A program made the position numbers and the translations under genes. A DNA stretch of 64,000 bases from Candidatus Omnitrophota bacterium (lineage in GTDB: Bacteria; Omnitrophota; Gorgyraeia; Zapsychrales; Fredricksoniimonadaceae): the NCBI GenBank assembly GCA_028870995.1, contig JAGWOI010000005.1, forward strand, positions 39,807 to 103,806. Reading direction: 5' to 3'. The notes under the pieces are model-generated. The model searched no databases and was not told where the DNA came from. It saw only the letters and a program-made list of their open reading frames with translations. Below, piece by piece: positions 38,784 to 49,546 of this stretch; position 1 is the first letter of the stretch, and each line of letters starts with the position of its first letter.

Positions 38784-39212
38784 ATGAAGACGTATTTACC
38801 CAAAGTTAATGAGATTGAACATAAGTGCTACGTGATCGATGCCAAGGATAAGATCTTAGGCAAGGTCGCAGCCAAGGCCGCATCTGTTTTACGCGGCAAG
38901 CACAAACGTACCTACACGCCGTTTTTGGATACCGGTGATACGGTCATCATTATCAATGCGGACAAGGTCAAGGTCACGGGCAAAAAATTGACCGACAAGG
39001 TGTACAACCGCTATACCGGCTATCCCGGCGGTTTGCGGCAGGTGACCTTGGGCAATATGCTGGCCAAACGTCCGGTGAAGGTCCTGGAATTGGCGGTTTC
39101 CCGTATGTTTCCCAGCGGGCCTCTGGCCTATAAGCAGACGATGAGGCTGAAGGTGTACGCGGGGGAGAATCACCCGCATGCGGCCCAAAAACCTATTGCA
39201 TTGGAAGTTTAA
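38784..39212 (+). CDS. rplM: 50S ribosomal protein L13
   Basis: Start at MKTYLPKV (internal Met of the track ORF), matching the usual L13 N-terminus; 142 aa. Confidence 0.92.
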   Translation: MKTYLPKVNEIEHKCYVIDAKDKILGKVAAKAASVLRGKHKRTYTPFLDTGDTVIIINADKVKVTGKKLTDKVYNRYTGYPGGLRQVTLGNMLAKRPVKVLELAVSRMFPSGPLAYKQTMRLKVYAGENHPHAAQKPIALEV

Positions 39213-39230
39213 TTTATTTAGGAGAGTTTC

Positions 39231-39626
39231 ATGGTAGAAGTGGTGAAATATTCAGGTACAGGACGCCGTAAAAGCTCGGTGGCCAGGGTCATTTTAACCC
39301 CCGGCGCCGGCAAGATCGTGGTCAATAAGCGCGAGTTTTCGGATTATTTTCCCCGCGAAACCGACCGGATCTCCATTATGCATCCTCTCAAGCTCGTGAA
39401 TTTGGAAAACAAATTCGACATTTCCGTGCGTGTGACCGGCGGTGGTTCCACCGGCCAGGCCGGCGCTTTCAAATTGGGCCTGTCCCGCGCCATCATTTCT
39501 TGTGACCCCAACACCCGTGGTGTGTTGAAGAAGGCCAGCTGCCTGACCAGAGACGACAGAATGAAGGAAAGAAAGAAACCTGGTCAAAAGGGAGCACGCC
39601 GTAAATTCCAGTGGGTCAAACGTTAA
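39231..39626 (+). CDS. rpsI: 30S ribosomal protein S9
   Basis: 131 aa; C-terminal KKPGQKGARRKFQWVKR. Confidence 0.95.
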   Translation: MVEVVKYSGTGRRKSSVARVILTPGAGKIVVNKREFSDYFPRETDRISIMHPLKLVNLENKFDISVRVTGGGSTGQAGAFKLGLSRAIISCDPNTRGVLKKASCLTRDDRMKERKKPGQKGARRKFQWVKR

Positions 39627-39650
39627 CGAAGAACAAAATATAAGATAAAG

Positions 39651-39698
39651 AAGCCCATCTCCCTTTGAATATCATTGACGAGATGGGCTTTTTTATTT
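39651..39698 (+). terminator. rho-independent terminator after rpsI
   Basis: AAGCCCATCTC (39651-39661) pairs with GAGATGGGCTT (39680-39690); followed by TTTTTTATTTATT. Confidence 0.7.
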
Positions 39699-39743
39699 AT
39701 TATAAACGGATTCATCAAAGGCATTTTTGCCGACGGGAACCAT

Positions 39744-40793
39744 ATGCCAAATAAAGAGTTGGAGTATTCATCCAAAACCATCCGTGCCGGTGTTTGGGGT
39801 GTGAGCGGTTACACTGGCCGCGAGGTCTTGGGGTTGCTTTTAAAGCATCCGGGAGTGCGTGTCACGGATGTTGCCGCGAACAACACCCAAGGGCCGGTGG
39901 CTGAGATTTTTCCGGAATTTCTAAACCGGACCACCTTGGTTTGCCATCCTTTCAGCATCAAGGAAACCGTTAAAAAATGCGACGTGGTGTTTTTGGCCCT
40001 GCCGCATACCGAGTCCATGAAGGCGGCGCCGAAGCTGTTGAAGGCTGGACTTAAAGTGGTCGATCTAAGCGCGGACTATCGCCTTAAAAAAGCGCAGGTT
40101 TATGAAACCTGGTACGGCCATAGGCATGTTGACACGGGCAATCTCAACAAGGCGGTTTACGGTTTACCGGAGTTATTCCGCCAGAAGATAAAGGGAGCCG
40201 CATTCGTGGCCAACCCCGGCTGTTATCCGACCGCTGCTATTTTAGGATTGGCGCCCTTGATCGCCACCCGCAAGGACATCCAATCCATTGTTGTGGATGC
40301 CAAATCAGGCATTTCCGGTGCGGGCCGCAAGGCTACGGTGGACAAGCTGTTTGCCGAAGCCAACGGGAACTTTAAGGCGTATAAGGTATTGAGTCACCAG
40401 CACGCGCCTGAGATCGAACAGTATTTGTCCCAATTGGCCGGCCGGGCCACGTCCATTCATTTTGTGGCGCACCTGTTGCCTATTACCAGGGGCATTTTAA
40501 ACACCATGTATGTCCACTTGGAAGAAGGGATCACTGCCAACCAGGTGCACAGCTTGTATAAGAAATTTTATAAGATCGAGCCTTTTGTCCGCCTGCATCC
40601 GTTGGGACGCCAGCCCGAGATCAAAAATGTGGCCAATACCAACTTCTGCGATATCGGTTTGGCCGTAAGCCCGGATAAAAAATTGGTGGTCATCACTTCG
40701 GCCATCGATAATCTGGTCAAAGGGGCCGCCGGCCAGGCCGTGCAAAACATGAATTTAATGGTTGGATTTAATGAAACCGAAGGATTGCTATGA
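39744..40793 (+). CDS. argC: N-acetyl-gamma-glutamyl-phosphate reductase
   Basis: Start at internal Met MPNKEL; GVSGYTGRE NAD motif; catalytic Cys in ANPGCYPT. Confidence 0.88.
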   Translation: MPNKELEYSSKTIRAGVWGVSGYTGREVLGLLLKHPGVRVTDVAANNTQGPVAEIFPEFLNRTTLVCHPFSIKETVKKCDVVFLALPHTESMKAAPKLLKAGLKVVDLSADYRLKKAQVYETWYGHRHVDTGNLNKAVYGLPELFRQKIKGAAFVANPGCYPTAAILGLAPLIATRKDIQSIVVDAKSGISGAGRKATVDKLFAEANGNFKAYKVLSHQHAPEIEQYLSQLAGRATSIHFVAHLLPITRGILNTMYVHLEEGITANQVHSLYKKFYKIEPFVRLHPLGRQPEIKNVANTNFCDIGLAVSPDKKLVVITSAIDNLVKGAAGQAVQNMNLMVGFNETEGLL

Positions 40794-41932
40794 AGATCAT
40801 TAAAGGCGGGATCACCGCACCCAAAGGTTTTTTGGCCAACGGTCTTTCTGCCGGCATCAAGCGTTCGGGCAAGCCCGATCTGGGTGTTATTGTCTCCGAA
40901 GTGCCGGCGGTGGTGGCCGGCGTCTTTACCAAGAATTCCATCAAGGCCGCCCCCTTGATTGTCAGCATGGAGCACATCAAAAAGGGGATAGGCCGGGCAG
41001 TGCTGGTCAATTCCGGCAACGCGAATTGTTATACCGGCGAGACCGGCCTTAAATATGCCTATGGTTCAACACAGATGGCTTCCCAGCTTCTCGGCGTCAA
41101 ACCTGAGGATGTTCTGGTGACTTCCACGGGCATCATCGGGAAGACCCTGCCGTATAACAAAATTATTGATGCTTTGCCGGCCCTGATCAAGGGTTTGAGC
41201 CGCACCGGCGGCGTCAAGTTCGCCCGGGCCATCATGACCACGGATTTGAAACTCAAGGAATGCGCTGTTGAGATCACCCTCGGCGGCAAAAAGGTCATTG
41301 TGGCCGGCTGCGCCAAGGGATCGGGGATGATCGAACCCAATATGGCCACCATGCTGGGATTTATCACCACAGATGCCGCCATTTCGCTGAAAATGCTGAA
41401 ATTGTCTTTAAAACGTGTCACGGAGCGCTCCTTTAACAGCATCACGGTGGACGGCTGTATGAGTACCAATGACATGCTTACTATCCAGGCCAGCGGCCTG
41501 GCCGGCAACAAGAAGATAGTTTCCGAAGGGGCGGATTTTAAAAAATTCTATGAGGCGTTGGAATACGTCTGCATCGACCTGGCCAAGAAAATCGTGATCG
41601 ATGGTGAAGGCGCCACCAAATTTATTACCATCCGCGCCAAAGGCGCCGTTGATGAGATCCAAGCCAGGAAAATCGCCAAGACCATTGCCAATTCCGCGCT
41701 GGTCAAGACCGCGGCCTTCGGCAGCAATCCCAATTGGGGGCGGGTGGCGGCCGCCGTGGGTTCTCTGGGGCTTGGGACCATTAATGAACGCAGCATGAAA
41801 ATCAGCTTTTCGCCTTTTGATAAAAAGGAAATCAGCATTACGGTCGAGCTTCCTTTGGGCCGCGCTGAGGCGACCGTCTACACCTGCGATCTTTCGTATG
41901 AGTACGTGCGCATTAACGGAGAATATAATTAA
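40790..41932 (+). CDS. argJ: bifunctional ornithine acetyltransferase / N-acetylglutamate synthase
   Basis: ATML autoproteolysis site (MATMLGFITTDA); 380 aa. Confidence 0.92.
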   Translation: MKIIKGGITAPKGFLANGLSAGIKRSGKPDLGVIVSEVPAVVAGVFTKNSIKAAPLIVSMEHIKKGIGRAVLVNSGNANCYTGETGLKYAYGSTQMASQLLGVKPEDVLVTSTGIIGKTLPYNKIIDALPALIKGLSRTGGVKFARAIMTTDLKLKECAVEITLGGKKVIVAGCAKGSGMIEPNMATMLGFITTDAAISLKMLKLSLKRVTERSFNSITVDGCMSTNDMLTIQASGLAGNKKIVSEGADFKKFYEALEYVCIDLAKKIVIDGEGATKFITIRAKGAVDEIQARKIAKTIANSALVKTAAFGSNPNWGRVAAAVGSLGLGTINERSMKISFSPFDKKEISITVELPLGRAEATVYTCDLSYEYVRINGEYN

Positions 41933-42789
41933 TGGAACAGATCGTTAAAAAGGCTTCCATTCTGATCGAAGCCATTCCTTACATCCATGCGTTCCGCCGC
42001 AAGATTTTTGTCATCAAATACGGCGGCAGCATCCTGGACGACCCTAAAATCCGGCACAATGTCCTGCAGGACATCGTGTTTTTAAGCTATGTGGGCATCC
42101 GCATCATCATTGTGCACGGCGGCGGCCCGCATATCTCGGCCAGGATGAAGGAAAAGGGTTTGAAGAATGAATTTGTCGACGGTATCCGTGTGACCGACAA
42201 GCAAACCCTGGACATTGTGGGTGAGGAACTGGAAAAACTCAATGGCCAGATCGTTACCGAGATCAAAGCGCTTAAAGGTGACGTCACAGGTCTTAAGGGC
42301 CAGGAAAATATTATTTTTGTCAAAAAGAAAAAAGCCGCCAAAGACTTAGGCTTTGTGGGCACCATCACATCGGTCAATAAGGAGGTCCTGGAAAAGCATT
42401 TGTCCCTGGGGCAGATCACGGTCGTCTCACCGATGGGTATGACGACCGAGAAGGTGGCTCATAATGTCAATGCGGATGAGGTGGCTGCAGCCATCGCCAA
42501 TTCCATGAAGGCCGAGAAGCTGGTGCTGCTGACCGATGTGCCCGGCGTTATGCGTGACCTGAAAGACATGAGCACCTTGATTTCCACCTTAAGTTTGAGC
42601 CAGGTGGACGAGCTCATCAAGAACGGGGTGATCGTGGGCGGCATGATCCCCAAGGTCACTTCCTGTGTCGAGGCGCTTAAAGGCGGCGGGGTCAACAAGA
42701 CGCACATCGTGGATGCCCGCATGCCGCATGCCCTGTTGCTCGAATTTTTTACGGATCAAGGGGTGGGAACACAGATCATAAAATCATGA
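41932..42789 (+). CDS. argB: acetylglutamate kinase
   Basis: AAK family motifs (VIKYGGS, VHGGGP). Confidence 0.92.
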   Translation: MEQIVKKASILIEAIPYIHAFRRKIFVIKYGGSILDDPKIRHNVLQDIVFLSYVGIRIIIVHGGGPHISARMKEKGLKNEFVDGIRVTDKQTLDIVGEELEKLNGQIVTEIKALKGDVTGLKGQENIIFVKKKKAAKDLGFVGTITSVNKEVLEKHLSLGQITVVSPMGMTTEKVAHNVNADEVAAAIANSMKAEKLVLLTDVPGVMRDLKDMSTLISTLSLSQVDELIKNGVIVGGMIPKVTSCVEALKGGGVNKTHIVDARMPHALLLEFFTDQGVGTQIIKS

Positions 42790-43991
42790 AGACAGACGAA
42801 ATTTTTCAAGAATATAACGACCACATCCTGTTGACGTATACGCGCCTGCCGGCGGTCTTTGTCAAGGGCAAGGGCTCAATGCTGACGGATATCCAGGGCA
42901 GGAAGTTCCTGGATTTCTTTCCGGGCTGGGGCGTGAGCAATCTCGGGCATTGCCATCCGAAGGTCATGGGTGCCGTGCGCGAGCAGATCGGAAAATTGAT
43001 CCATATTCCCAACAATCTGTACAACCCTCATCAGGCCAAATTAGCCAGGGAATTGATCCGCATTTCTTTTGAGGGCAAGATTTTCTTTTGCAACAGCGGC
43101 ACGGAATCCATTGAAGCGGCCATTAAATTTGCCAGGGCCTTCGGCCAGGGCAAAAAGCATGAGATCATCACCACCGTCAATGCGTTCCATGGCCGCACCA
43201 TGGGCGCTTTGACAGCCACGGGCCAGGAGAAACACCAAAAAGGTTTTGGGCCTCTGGTGCCGGGTTTTAAATACGTGCCTTTTAATGATCTGCAGGCCAT
43301 GAAGACCGCGGTCAATGACCAGACCGTAGCCATTATCCTTGAATTGGTCCAGGGGGAAGGCGGCATCAATGTCGCCGGCAAGGATTACGTGCAGGCCATC
43401 CGCAGGATCTGCGATGAGAAAAAGATTTTGCTGGTCCTTGACGAAGTTCAAACCGGCATGGCCCGCACCGGTGAGATTTTTGCCTTCAAGCATTATGGCA
43501 TCACACCGGATATTATGTGCCTGGCCAAGGCCTTGGGCGGCGGCCTGCCCATCGGCGCCATGATCGTTAAAAAAGAATTGGCCGATATATTCAAGCCAGG
43601 CATGCACGGATCGACCTTTGCGGGCAGTCCCTTGATCTGCAAGGCGGCCTTAGGGTTAATCAAGGCGATTTATGCCGAAAAGCTCATGAAGAATGTCAAA
43701 GTCCAGGGGCCGTATTTGATGGATAAGCTCAATCAACTGAAGGCCAAATACGATATCATCAAAGAAGTGCGCGGCCTGGGTTTAATGATCGGCGTTGAAT
43801 TGACGGTGCCCGGGGAAGGTATTTTCAAAGAATGTTTCAATCGCGGATTGATTATCAATTGCACGCAGGGTAACGTGCTGCGTATCATGCCGGCCTTGAA
43901 CGTGACACGCCGGCAGATCAATAAAGCCATTCATATTTTAGACAATGCCCTGGCAGCCGTGGCCAAGCAGCCGCAGAAAGCAGCCTTATGA
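42786..43991 (+). CDS. argD: acetylornithine aminotransferase
   Basis: Class III PLP aminotransferase (DEVQTGMARTG, PLP Lys in CLAKALGGG). Confidence 0.9.
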   Translation: MKTDEIFQEYNDHILLTYTRLPAVFVKGKGSMLTDIQGRKFLDFFPGWGVSNLGHCHPKVMGAVREQIGKLIHIPNNLYNPHQAKLARELIRISFEGKIFFCNSGTESIEAAIKFARAFGQGKKHEIITTVNAFHGRTMGALTATGQEKHQKGFGPLVPGFKYVPFNDLQAMKTAVNDQTVAIILELVQGEGGINVAGKDYVQAIRRICDEKKILLVLDEVQTGMARTGEIFAFKHYGITPDIMCLAKALGGGLPIGAMIVKKELADIFKPGMHGSTFAGSPLICKAALGLIKAIYAEKLMKNVKVQGPYLMDKLNQLKAKYDIIKEVRGLGLMIGVELTVPGEGIFKECFNRGLIINCTQGNVLRIMPALNVTRRQINKAIHILDNALAAVAKQPQKAAL

Positions 43992-44902
43992 AACGCGACC
44001 TTATCCGACTTTCAGATTATTCAGGCGACGAGATTTTAGGGCTCATTGATTCCGCGGACCGCCTCAAGAAGCAAAAGGGCAAACTGCGTGCCGATTTAGA
44101 AGGCAAAAGTGTAGCACTGGTATTCCAGAAACCGTCCAACCGCACGCGCGTCTCTTTTGAGGTCGGCGTTTATGAACTGGGAGGGCACTGTCTTTATCTG
44201 GGGCCGGACGAGATCAATCTTGGCAAACGCGAGACCACCCACGATGTGGCCAAGACCTTGTCACGGTATGTTCACTGCATTGTGGCCAGGGTCTTTGATA
44301 ACAAAGATATCGTCGAACTGGCCAAGTATGCCGACGTTCCAGTTATCAATGCTTTGTGCGACCTGTATCATCCCTGCCAGGCCTTGGCGGATATCCAGAC
44401 CATCCGCGAGCAGTTCGGCAGGTTCAAAGGCCTGACGCTGGCCTATGTAGGCGACGGCAACAATGTTTTCCATTCCTTGATGGTGGCCTGCGTCAAGGTG
44501 GGCATCAATGTGCGTTTTGCCGGCCCCAAGGGTTATGATCCTAATCCTGACATTGTGCGCCAGGCCCGGGAGTTTGCCCGGAAAAGCAAATGCACCATTG
44601 AATTGGGCAGGGACCCGAAAGAGGCGGTGAAAGGCGCAAACGTGATTTATGCGGACGTGTGGGTGAGTATGGGGCAGGAAAAGGAAACTCAAAAGCGCGT
44701 TAAGGAATTCAAGGGCTACCAGATCAATGCGGCCTTGATGAAATTGGCCCATAAGGATTACGTATTCATGCACTGCCTGCCGGCGCACCGTGAACTTGAA
44801 GTCACGGCGGAAATCATAGACGGGAAGCATTCGGTGATATTCGACCAGGCAGAAAACCGCCTGCATGCGCAGAAGGCTGTTTTGTTGAAACTATTAAAAT
44901 AA
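43988..44902 (+). CDS. argF: ornithine carbamoyltransferase
   Basis: STRTR carbamoyl-phosphate motif (PSNRTRVSFE); HCLP motif. Confidence 0.93.
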   Translation: MKRDLIRLSDYSGDEILGLIDSADRLKKQKGKLRADLEGKSVALVFQKPSNRTRVSFEVGVYELGGHCLYLGPDEINLGKRETTHDVAKTLSRYVHCIVARVFDNKDIVELAKYADVPVINALCDLYHPCQALADIQTIREQFGRFKGLTLAYVGDGNNVFHSLMVACVKVGINVRFAGPKGYDPNPDIVRQAREFARKSKCTIELGRDPKEAVKGANVIYADVWVSMGQEKETQKRVKEFKGYQINAALMKLAHKDYVFMHCLPAHRELEVTAEIIDGKHSVIFDQAENRLHAQKAVLLKLLK

Positions 44903-44919
44903 GAAAGCAGAGGAAGAAC

Positions 44920-46083
44920 ATGAAAAAAGTAGTGTTGGCTTATTCGGGCGGACTGGACACCAGTTGTCTTATCCGTTGGCTGAAGGACAAAGGTTATGAA
45001 GTTATCGCTTTTATGGCGGACGTGGGCCAGGGCAGCGATTTTAAGAAGATCGAGAAACGCGCCATCGCCACCGGCGCCTCCAAAGTTTACATCTTGGATT
45101 TGAAAAAAGAATTCGTCCAGGATTATGTCTTTCCGGCGATCAAGGCCAATGCGGTCTACGAAGGTAAATATTTTTTGGCCACCGCCTTGTCTAGGCCATT
45201 GATCGCCAAGCACCAGGTGAACGTGGCTAAAAAAGAAAAGGCCACGGCCATTGCCCACGGCTGTACAGGCAAAGGCAATGACCAGGTGCGTTTCGAGGTC
45301 ACGGCCAAAATCCTGGCCCCGCACCTGGAGTTACTGGCGCCCTTGCGGACCTGGGAATTCAAGACCCGCGAGCAGGAGATCGAATATGCCCATCAGCATA
45401 AGATCCCTATTGATGTTTCCAAGAAGAGCCCTTACTCGACGGATATTAATTTGTACGGCCGTTCCATTGAATGCGGTGTTCTGGAAGATCCCTGGGTAGA
45501 GCCGCCGGATGAGATTTATTTAATGACCAGGGATCCTCTTAAGTGCCCCAACCGTCCCGAATATGTGGACATAGAGTTTATCAGGGGCGTGCCGGTCAAG
45601 GTCAACGGCAAAACCTATGGCCCCGTCGACTTAGTGTTGAAGCTTAATGAGATCGGCGGCCGCAACGGTGTCGGCCGCGTGGACATGGTGGAGAACCGCC
45701 TGGTGGGGATCAAGTCCCGGGAAATTTACGAGAATCCCGCCGGCACTATTTTGATCACCGCCCACAAAGAGCTGGAAGCCATGGTGCTCGACCGCGAGAC
45801 CCTGCATTACAAGGAATTGATTTCCCCGCGGTATGCCGAATTGACATACTACGGATTATGGGAAACACCGTTGAAGGCACAGATGGATGCCTTTATTAAT
45901 AAGACCCAGGAGCGTGCCACGGGCATTGTACGCATGAAGCTGTTTAAAGGCAGCTGCAACGTGGCCGGGCGCAAATCGCCGTTCTCCCGTTATAAGGAAG
46001 AGCTGGCCACCTACGGCGACAAGGATATTTTTGACCCCAAACTGTCCGAGGGCTTTATCCGGATTTGGGGCATGCCGTATTAA
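44920..46083 (+). CDS. argG: argininosuccinate synthase
   Basis: AYSGGLDTS PP-loop; 387 aa. Confidence 0.95.
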   Translation: MKKVVLAYSGGLDTSCLIRWLKDKGYEVIAFMADVGQGSDFKKIEKRAIATGASKVYILDLKKEFVQDYVFPAIKANAVYEGKYFLATALSRPLIAKHQVNVAKKEKATAIAHGCTGKGNDQVRFEVTAKILAPHLELLAPLRTWEFKTREQEIEYAHQHKIPIDVSKKSPYSTDINLYGRSIECGVLEDPWVEPPDEIYLMTRDPLKCPNRPEYVDIEFIRGVPVKVNGKTYGPVDLVLKLNEIGGRNGVGRVDMVENRLVGIKSREIYENPAGTILITAHKELEAMVLDRETLHYKELISPRYAELTYYGLWETPLKAQMDAFINKTQERATGIVRMKLFKGSCNVAGRKSPFSRYKEELATYGDKDIFDPKLSEGFIRIWGMPY

Positions 46084-46102
46084 CGGCAAGGAGAAAGGGC
46101 CT

Positions 46103-47479
46103 ATGTCCAAACTTTGGGGAGCAAGGTTCAATAAGAAGTCCGATCCGCTCGCGGACCGCTTTACCTTCAGCATCGGCTATGACCATCGTTTGGCCAAATA
46201 CGATTGTCTGGGGTCCATGGCCCATGCCCAGATGCTGGCCAAGCAGGGGATCATTCCCCAAGCGGATGGCGTTAAAATTGTGGCCGGCCTCAAAAAAATT
46301 TTAAAACAAATTGAGGCCGGACGATTCAACTTCGACACCAAGGCCGAGGACATCCATACCGACATCCAGAACCGGCTTAAAGATTTGGTAGGCAAGCCGG
46401 CCGACAAACTGCATACGGCCCGTTCCCGCAACGACCAGGTTGTCCTGGACATGAAGCTCTATTGCCGCCATGAACTCGTCCAGTTGATGGCCTCCGTCGG
46501 TATTCTACAGAATTCCATTCTAGGCTTCGCGCGGAAGAATAAGGATGTTATCATCCCGGCGTACACGCATTTGCAAGCTGCCCAGGTGGTGCTGTTAGCT
46601 CATCATATGCTGGCCTACATCGAGATGCTGGAGCGCGATAAGGCCAGGCTTCTGGATTGTGCCAAACGCAGTGATTCTTTGCCGTTGGGCGCCTGCGCCC
46701 TGTCCGGCACATCGCTTAAGACCGATCGGGCTTATGTGGCCAAGCTCCTGGGTTTTGGCCGGGTTGCGGCCAACAGCATGGACGTTGTCTCCGACCGTGA
46801 TTTCATTGTCGAGACGATCAGCGCCTGCGCCATGATTGCCACCCATCTTTCCCGTATCGCCGAGGACCTGATTTTGTGGGCCACCAGGGAATTCAACTTG
46901 GTTGATATCGATGCCGGTTTCTGCACCGGCTCATCCATCATGCCACATAAAAAAAATCCGGATGTGCTGGAATTGATCCGGGGCAGTTCGGCCAAGGTCG
47001 TCGGGCATTTGACTGAAATCCACGTTCTGCTAAAAGGGCTGCCGTACACCTACAACCGTGACCTGCAACTGGACAAGCCGCCTTTGTTCGACAGCGTGGA
47101 CACCACGAAATTCATGCTGTTGGTTTTAAGCCGGATTTTCGAGACCTTGAAGGTCAGGAAGGAGGCGGCCGTCAGGCAGACCGCGGATGAAAGTTTTTTC
47201 ACCGTGGATGTGATGGATTATCTGGTTAAAAAAGGCGTTTCGTACCGCCAAGCGCATGATATTTTAGGCTGTATGGTCAGGGATTGCCTGGACAGGAGCA
47301 AGGCCATTTCGTCCTTGACCATTGATGAATTAAGAAAATATTCGCCTGTCTTTGGAGGCGATGTGAAAAATCTTTTCAATCCCGGGATGTCTGTTAAAAT
47401 TAAATCCTCTTTCGGCTCGACAAATCCGAAACTTGTGGAGCAACAACTTAAAACCTGGAGTAAAAAGCTGCATGCATGA
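46103..47479 (+). CDS. argH: argininosuccinate lyase
   Basis: Start at MSKLWGARF; fumarate-lyase signature (GSSIMPHKKNPD). Confidence 0.92.
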   Translation: MSKLWGARFNKKSDPLADRFTFSIGYDHRLAKYDCLGSMAHAQMLAKQGIIPQADGVKIVAGLKKILKQIEAGRFNFDTKAEDIHTDIQNRLKDLVGKPADKLHTARSRNDQVVLDMKLYCRHELVQLMASVGILQNSILGFARKNKDVIIPAYTHLQAAQVVLLAHHMLAYIEMLERDKARLLDCAKRSDSLPLGACALSGTSLKTDRAYVAKLLGFGRVAANSMDVVSDRDFIVETISACAMIATHLSRIAEDLILWATREFNLVDIDAGFCTGSSIMPHKKNPDVLELIRGSSAKVVGHLTEIHVLLKGLPYTYNRDLQLDKPPLFDSVDTTKFMLLVLSRIFETLKVRKEAAVRQTADESFFTVDVMDYLVKKGVSYRQAHDILGCMVRDCLDRSKAISSLTIDELRKYSPVFGGDVKNLFNPGMSVKIKSSFGSTNPKLVEQQLKTWSKKLHA

Positions 47480-48722
47480 CTTTCTGTTCAAGAACGGCGA
47501 ACTTTGCTGTGAAAATGTGAAGATTTCCGACATCGCCCGGAAGGCGGGAACGCCCTTTTACCTGTACAGCCACAAAACGCTAAGCGATCATTTTCTAAAG
47601 ATACAGAGGGCTTTTGCTCCCTTGAATCCTATTATCTGCTTTGCCATGAAATCCAACGGCAATCTGAATGTGATCAAAAGCTTGGTCGACTTGGGCGCGG
47701 GCATTGATATTGTTTCCATCGGCGAATTGGGCAAGGCCCTTCTGGCCGGCGCAGATCCCAGGAAGATCGTGTTTGCCTCGGTCGGCAAGACGGAGGAGGA
47801 GATCGCCTTTGCCATCGAGACAGGTATTTTATTATTCAATGTGGAATCCGAGCCCGAACTGGCGGAGATCAACCGCATTGCGGCCAAAATGAACAGGAAG
47901 GTGCAGGCGGCGCTTAGGATCAATCCCGATGTCCCGGCACCCACGCATGAATACACCAATACCGGTTCCTTAAAAAAGAAATTCGGCATCGACCTGCGCA
48001 CCACCCGGCAGATCTTCAAAGGCCAAAGCAAATACAGCCACGTGAAGATCAACGGGGTGCATATCCATATCGGTTCCCAGATCACCTCGGGGGCGCCCTT
48101 TGTGGGTGCTATCAAGAAGGTCGTTGCATTTATCGACAGCCTGCGGGCCGAGGGGATCCGCATCGAGTATTTGGACATCGGCGGAGGCTTAGGCATCATT
48201 TATAAGGATGAGAACCCGCAGACCGCACAAGCTTATGCGGACAAGGTGGTCCCCATTCTAGAGAAGACGGGCTTGAAGATCATCATGGAACCGGGCCGTT
48301 TTATCGTTGGCAATGCCGGTATCTTTGTCACCAAGGTGTTGTATATCAAGGACAACGGCGTCAAGAAATTCGTGATTGTTGACGGCGGGATGAATGATCT
48401 CATCAGGCCCACACTTTATGATGCTTATCATGAGATCGTCCCCGTGGTGCAAACAAGGACCGGCCGCCAGAAATGCGATGTGGTGGGTCCCATTTGCGAG
48501 AGCGGGGACTTTTTTGCCCACGACCGGCTTTTACCCAAGGTTGGCAGGAATGACCTGCTGGCCGTGATGAGCGCCGGGGCTTATGGTTATGTGATGTCGA
48601 GCAATTACAATGTGCGGCCGCGGGTGCCGGAGGTCATGGTCAAGGGCAACAAGTTCAAAATCGTCAAAGAGCGCGAAACATTCAAAGATTTGATGCGCGG
48701 AGAGAAGATTGTCGCATGGTAA
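47472..48722 (+). CDS. lysA: diaminopimelate decarboxylase
   Basis: Fold-III PLP decarboxylase (PLP Lys in FAMKSN; Gly-rich LDIGGGLGI); ATG overlaps the argH stop. Confidence 0.85.
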   Translation: MHDFLFKNGELCCENVKISDIARKAGTPFYLYSHKTLSDHFLKIQRAFAPLNPIICFAMKSNGNLNVIKSLVDLGAGIDIVSIGELGKALLAGADPRKIVFASVGKTEEEIAFAIETGILLFNVESEPELAEINRIAAKMNRKVQAALRINPDVPAPTHEYTNTGSLKKKFGIDLRTTRQIFKGQSKYSHVKINGVHIHIGSQITSGAPFVGAIKKVVAFIDSLRAEGIRIEYLDIGGGLGIIYKDENPQTAQAYADKVVPILEKTGLKIIMEPGRFIVGNAGIFVTKVLYIKDNGVKKFVIVDGGMNDLIRPTLYDAYHEIVPVVQTRTGRQKCDVVGPICESGDFFAHDRLLPKVGRNDLLAVMSAGAYGYVMSSNYNVRPRVPEVMVKGNKFKIVKERETFKDLMRGEKIVAW

Positions 48723-49546
48723 GCATTCCTTTTGTCAAGATGGTGGGCGCCGGCAATGATTTCATCATCATTGAGGCGCGTAAGGACATGGATTATGCCA
48801 AGTTTGCCCAGGCGGCCTGTGCCCGTCAAAATGGTATCGGCGCTGACGGTGTCCTGGTATTGGATAAATCCGCAGAATCGGATTACCGGATGCGCATCAT
48901 CAATGCTGACGGTTCCGAGGCGGAGATGTGCGGCAACGGGGCCCGCTGCATGGCGGCCTACATCGTGGCCAACATGAGACCGGTCAAGGCGCTCTTTGGC
49001 ATGGAAACCCTGGCCGGGGAAATCCTGGCCGAAGCCAAGGGCGAGACGGCTCGGGTGCGTTTGTCGCCTCCTAAGGATTACATGCCTGACTTGAACATTA
49101 CCGTCGCCAAACAAAAATTACAGGTGCATTATATAGATACCGGCGTGCCGCACACCGTTCTTTTTGTGGATGGCCTTCAGGAGGTTGATGCCAACAGCAT
49201 GGGCGCTTTGATCCGCCGTCATCCGCGGTTCGCGCCAAGAGGCACCAACGTGAACTTCGTGGAACGCGCGCGCGAAGGCATGGTGGCGGTGCGTACCTTT
49301 GAACGCGGGGTGGAGGCAGAGACCCTAGCCTGCGGCACCGGGGCCGTGGCCTCGGCGCTGATCGCCTATTTGCATGCTCATCCGAAGCTCAAGAAACAAA
49401 AAGGCGCCTCCATGAAGGTGTTGACTCAAGCCAAGGAAATTTTGGAAATCACCTTTGATTTGGACGAAGGGCATAAAATAGACAATGTGTGGCTCAAAGG
49501 CTCGGCGAAGCTGATCGCCAAAGGAGAGTACTTTTACCATGGATAG
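48716..49546 (+). CDS. dapF: diaminopimelate epimerase
   Basis: N-terminus FVKMVGAGNDFIII; catalytic Cys motifs (MCGNGARC, ACGTGA). Confidence 0.92.
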   Translation: MVSIPFVKMVGAGNDFIIIEARKDMDYAKFAQAACARQNGIGADGVLVLDKSAESDYRMRIINADGSEAEMCGNGARCMAAYIVANMRPVKALFGMETLAGEILAEAKGETARVRLSPPKDYMPDLNITVAKQKLQVHYIDTGVPHTVLFVDGLQEVDANSMGALIRRHPRFAPRGTNVNFVERAREGMVAVRTFERGVEAETLACGTGAVASALIAYLHAHPKLKKQKGASMKVLTQAKEILEITFDLDEGHKIDNVWLKGSAKLIAKGEYFYHG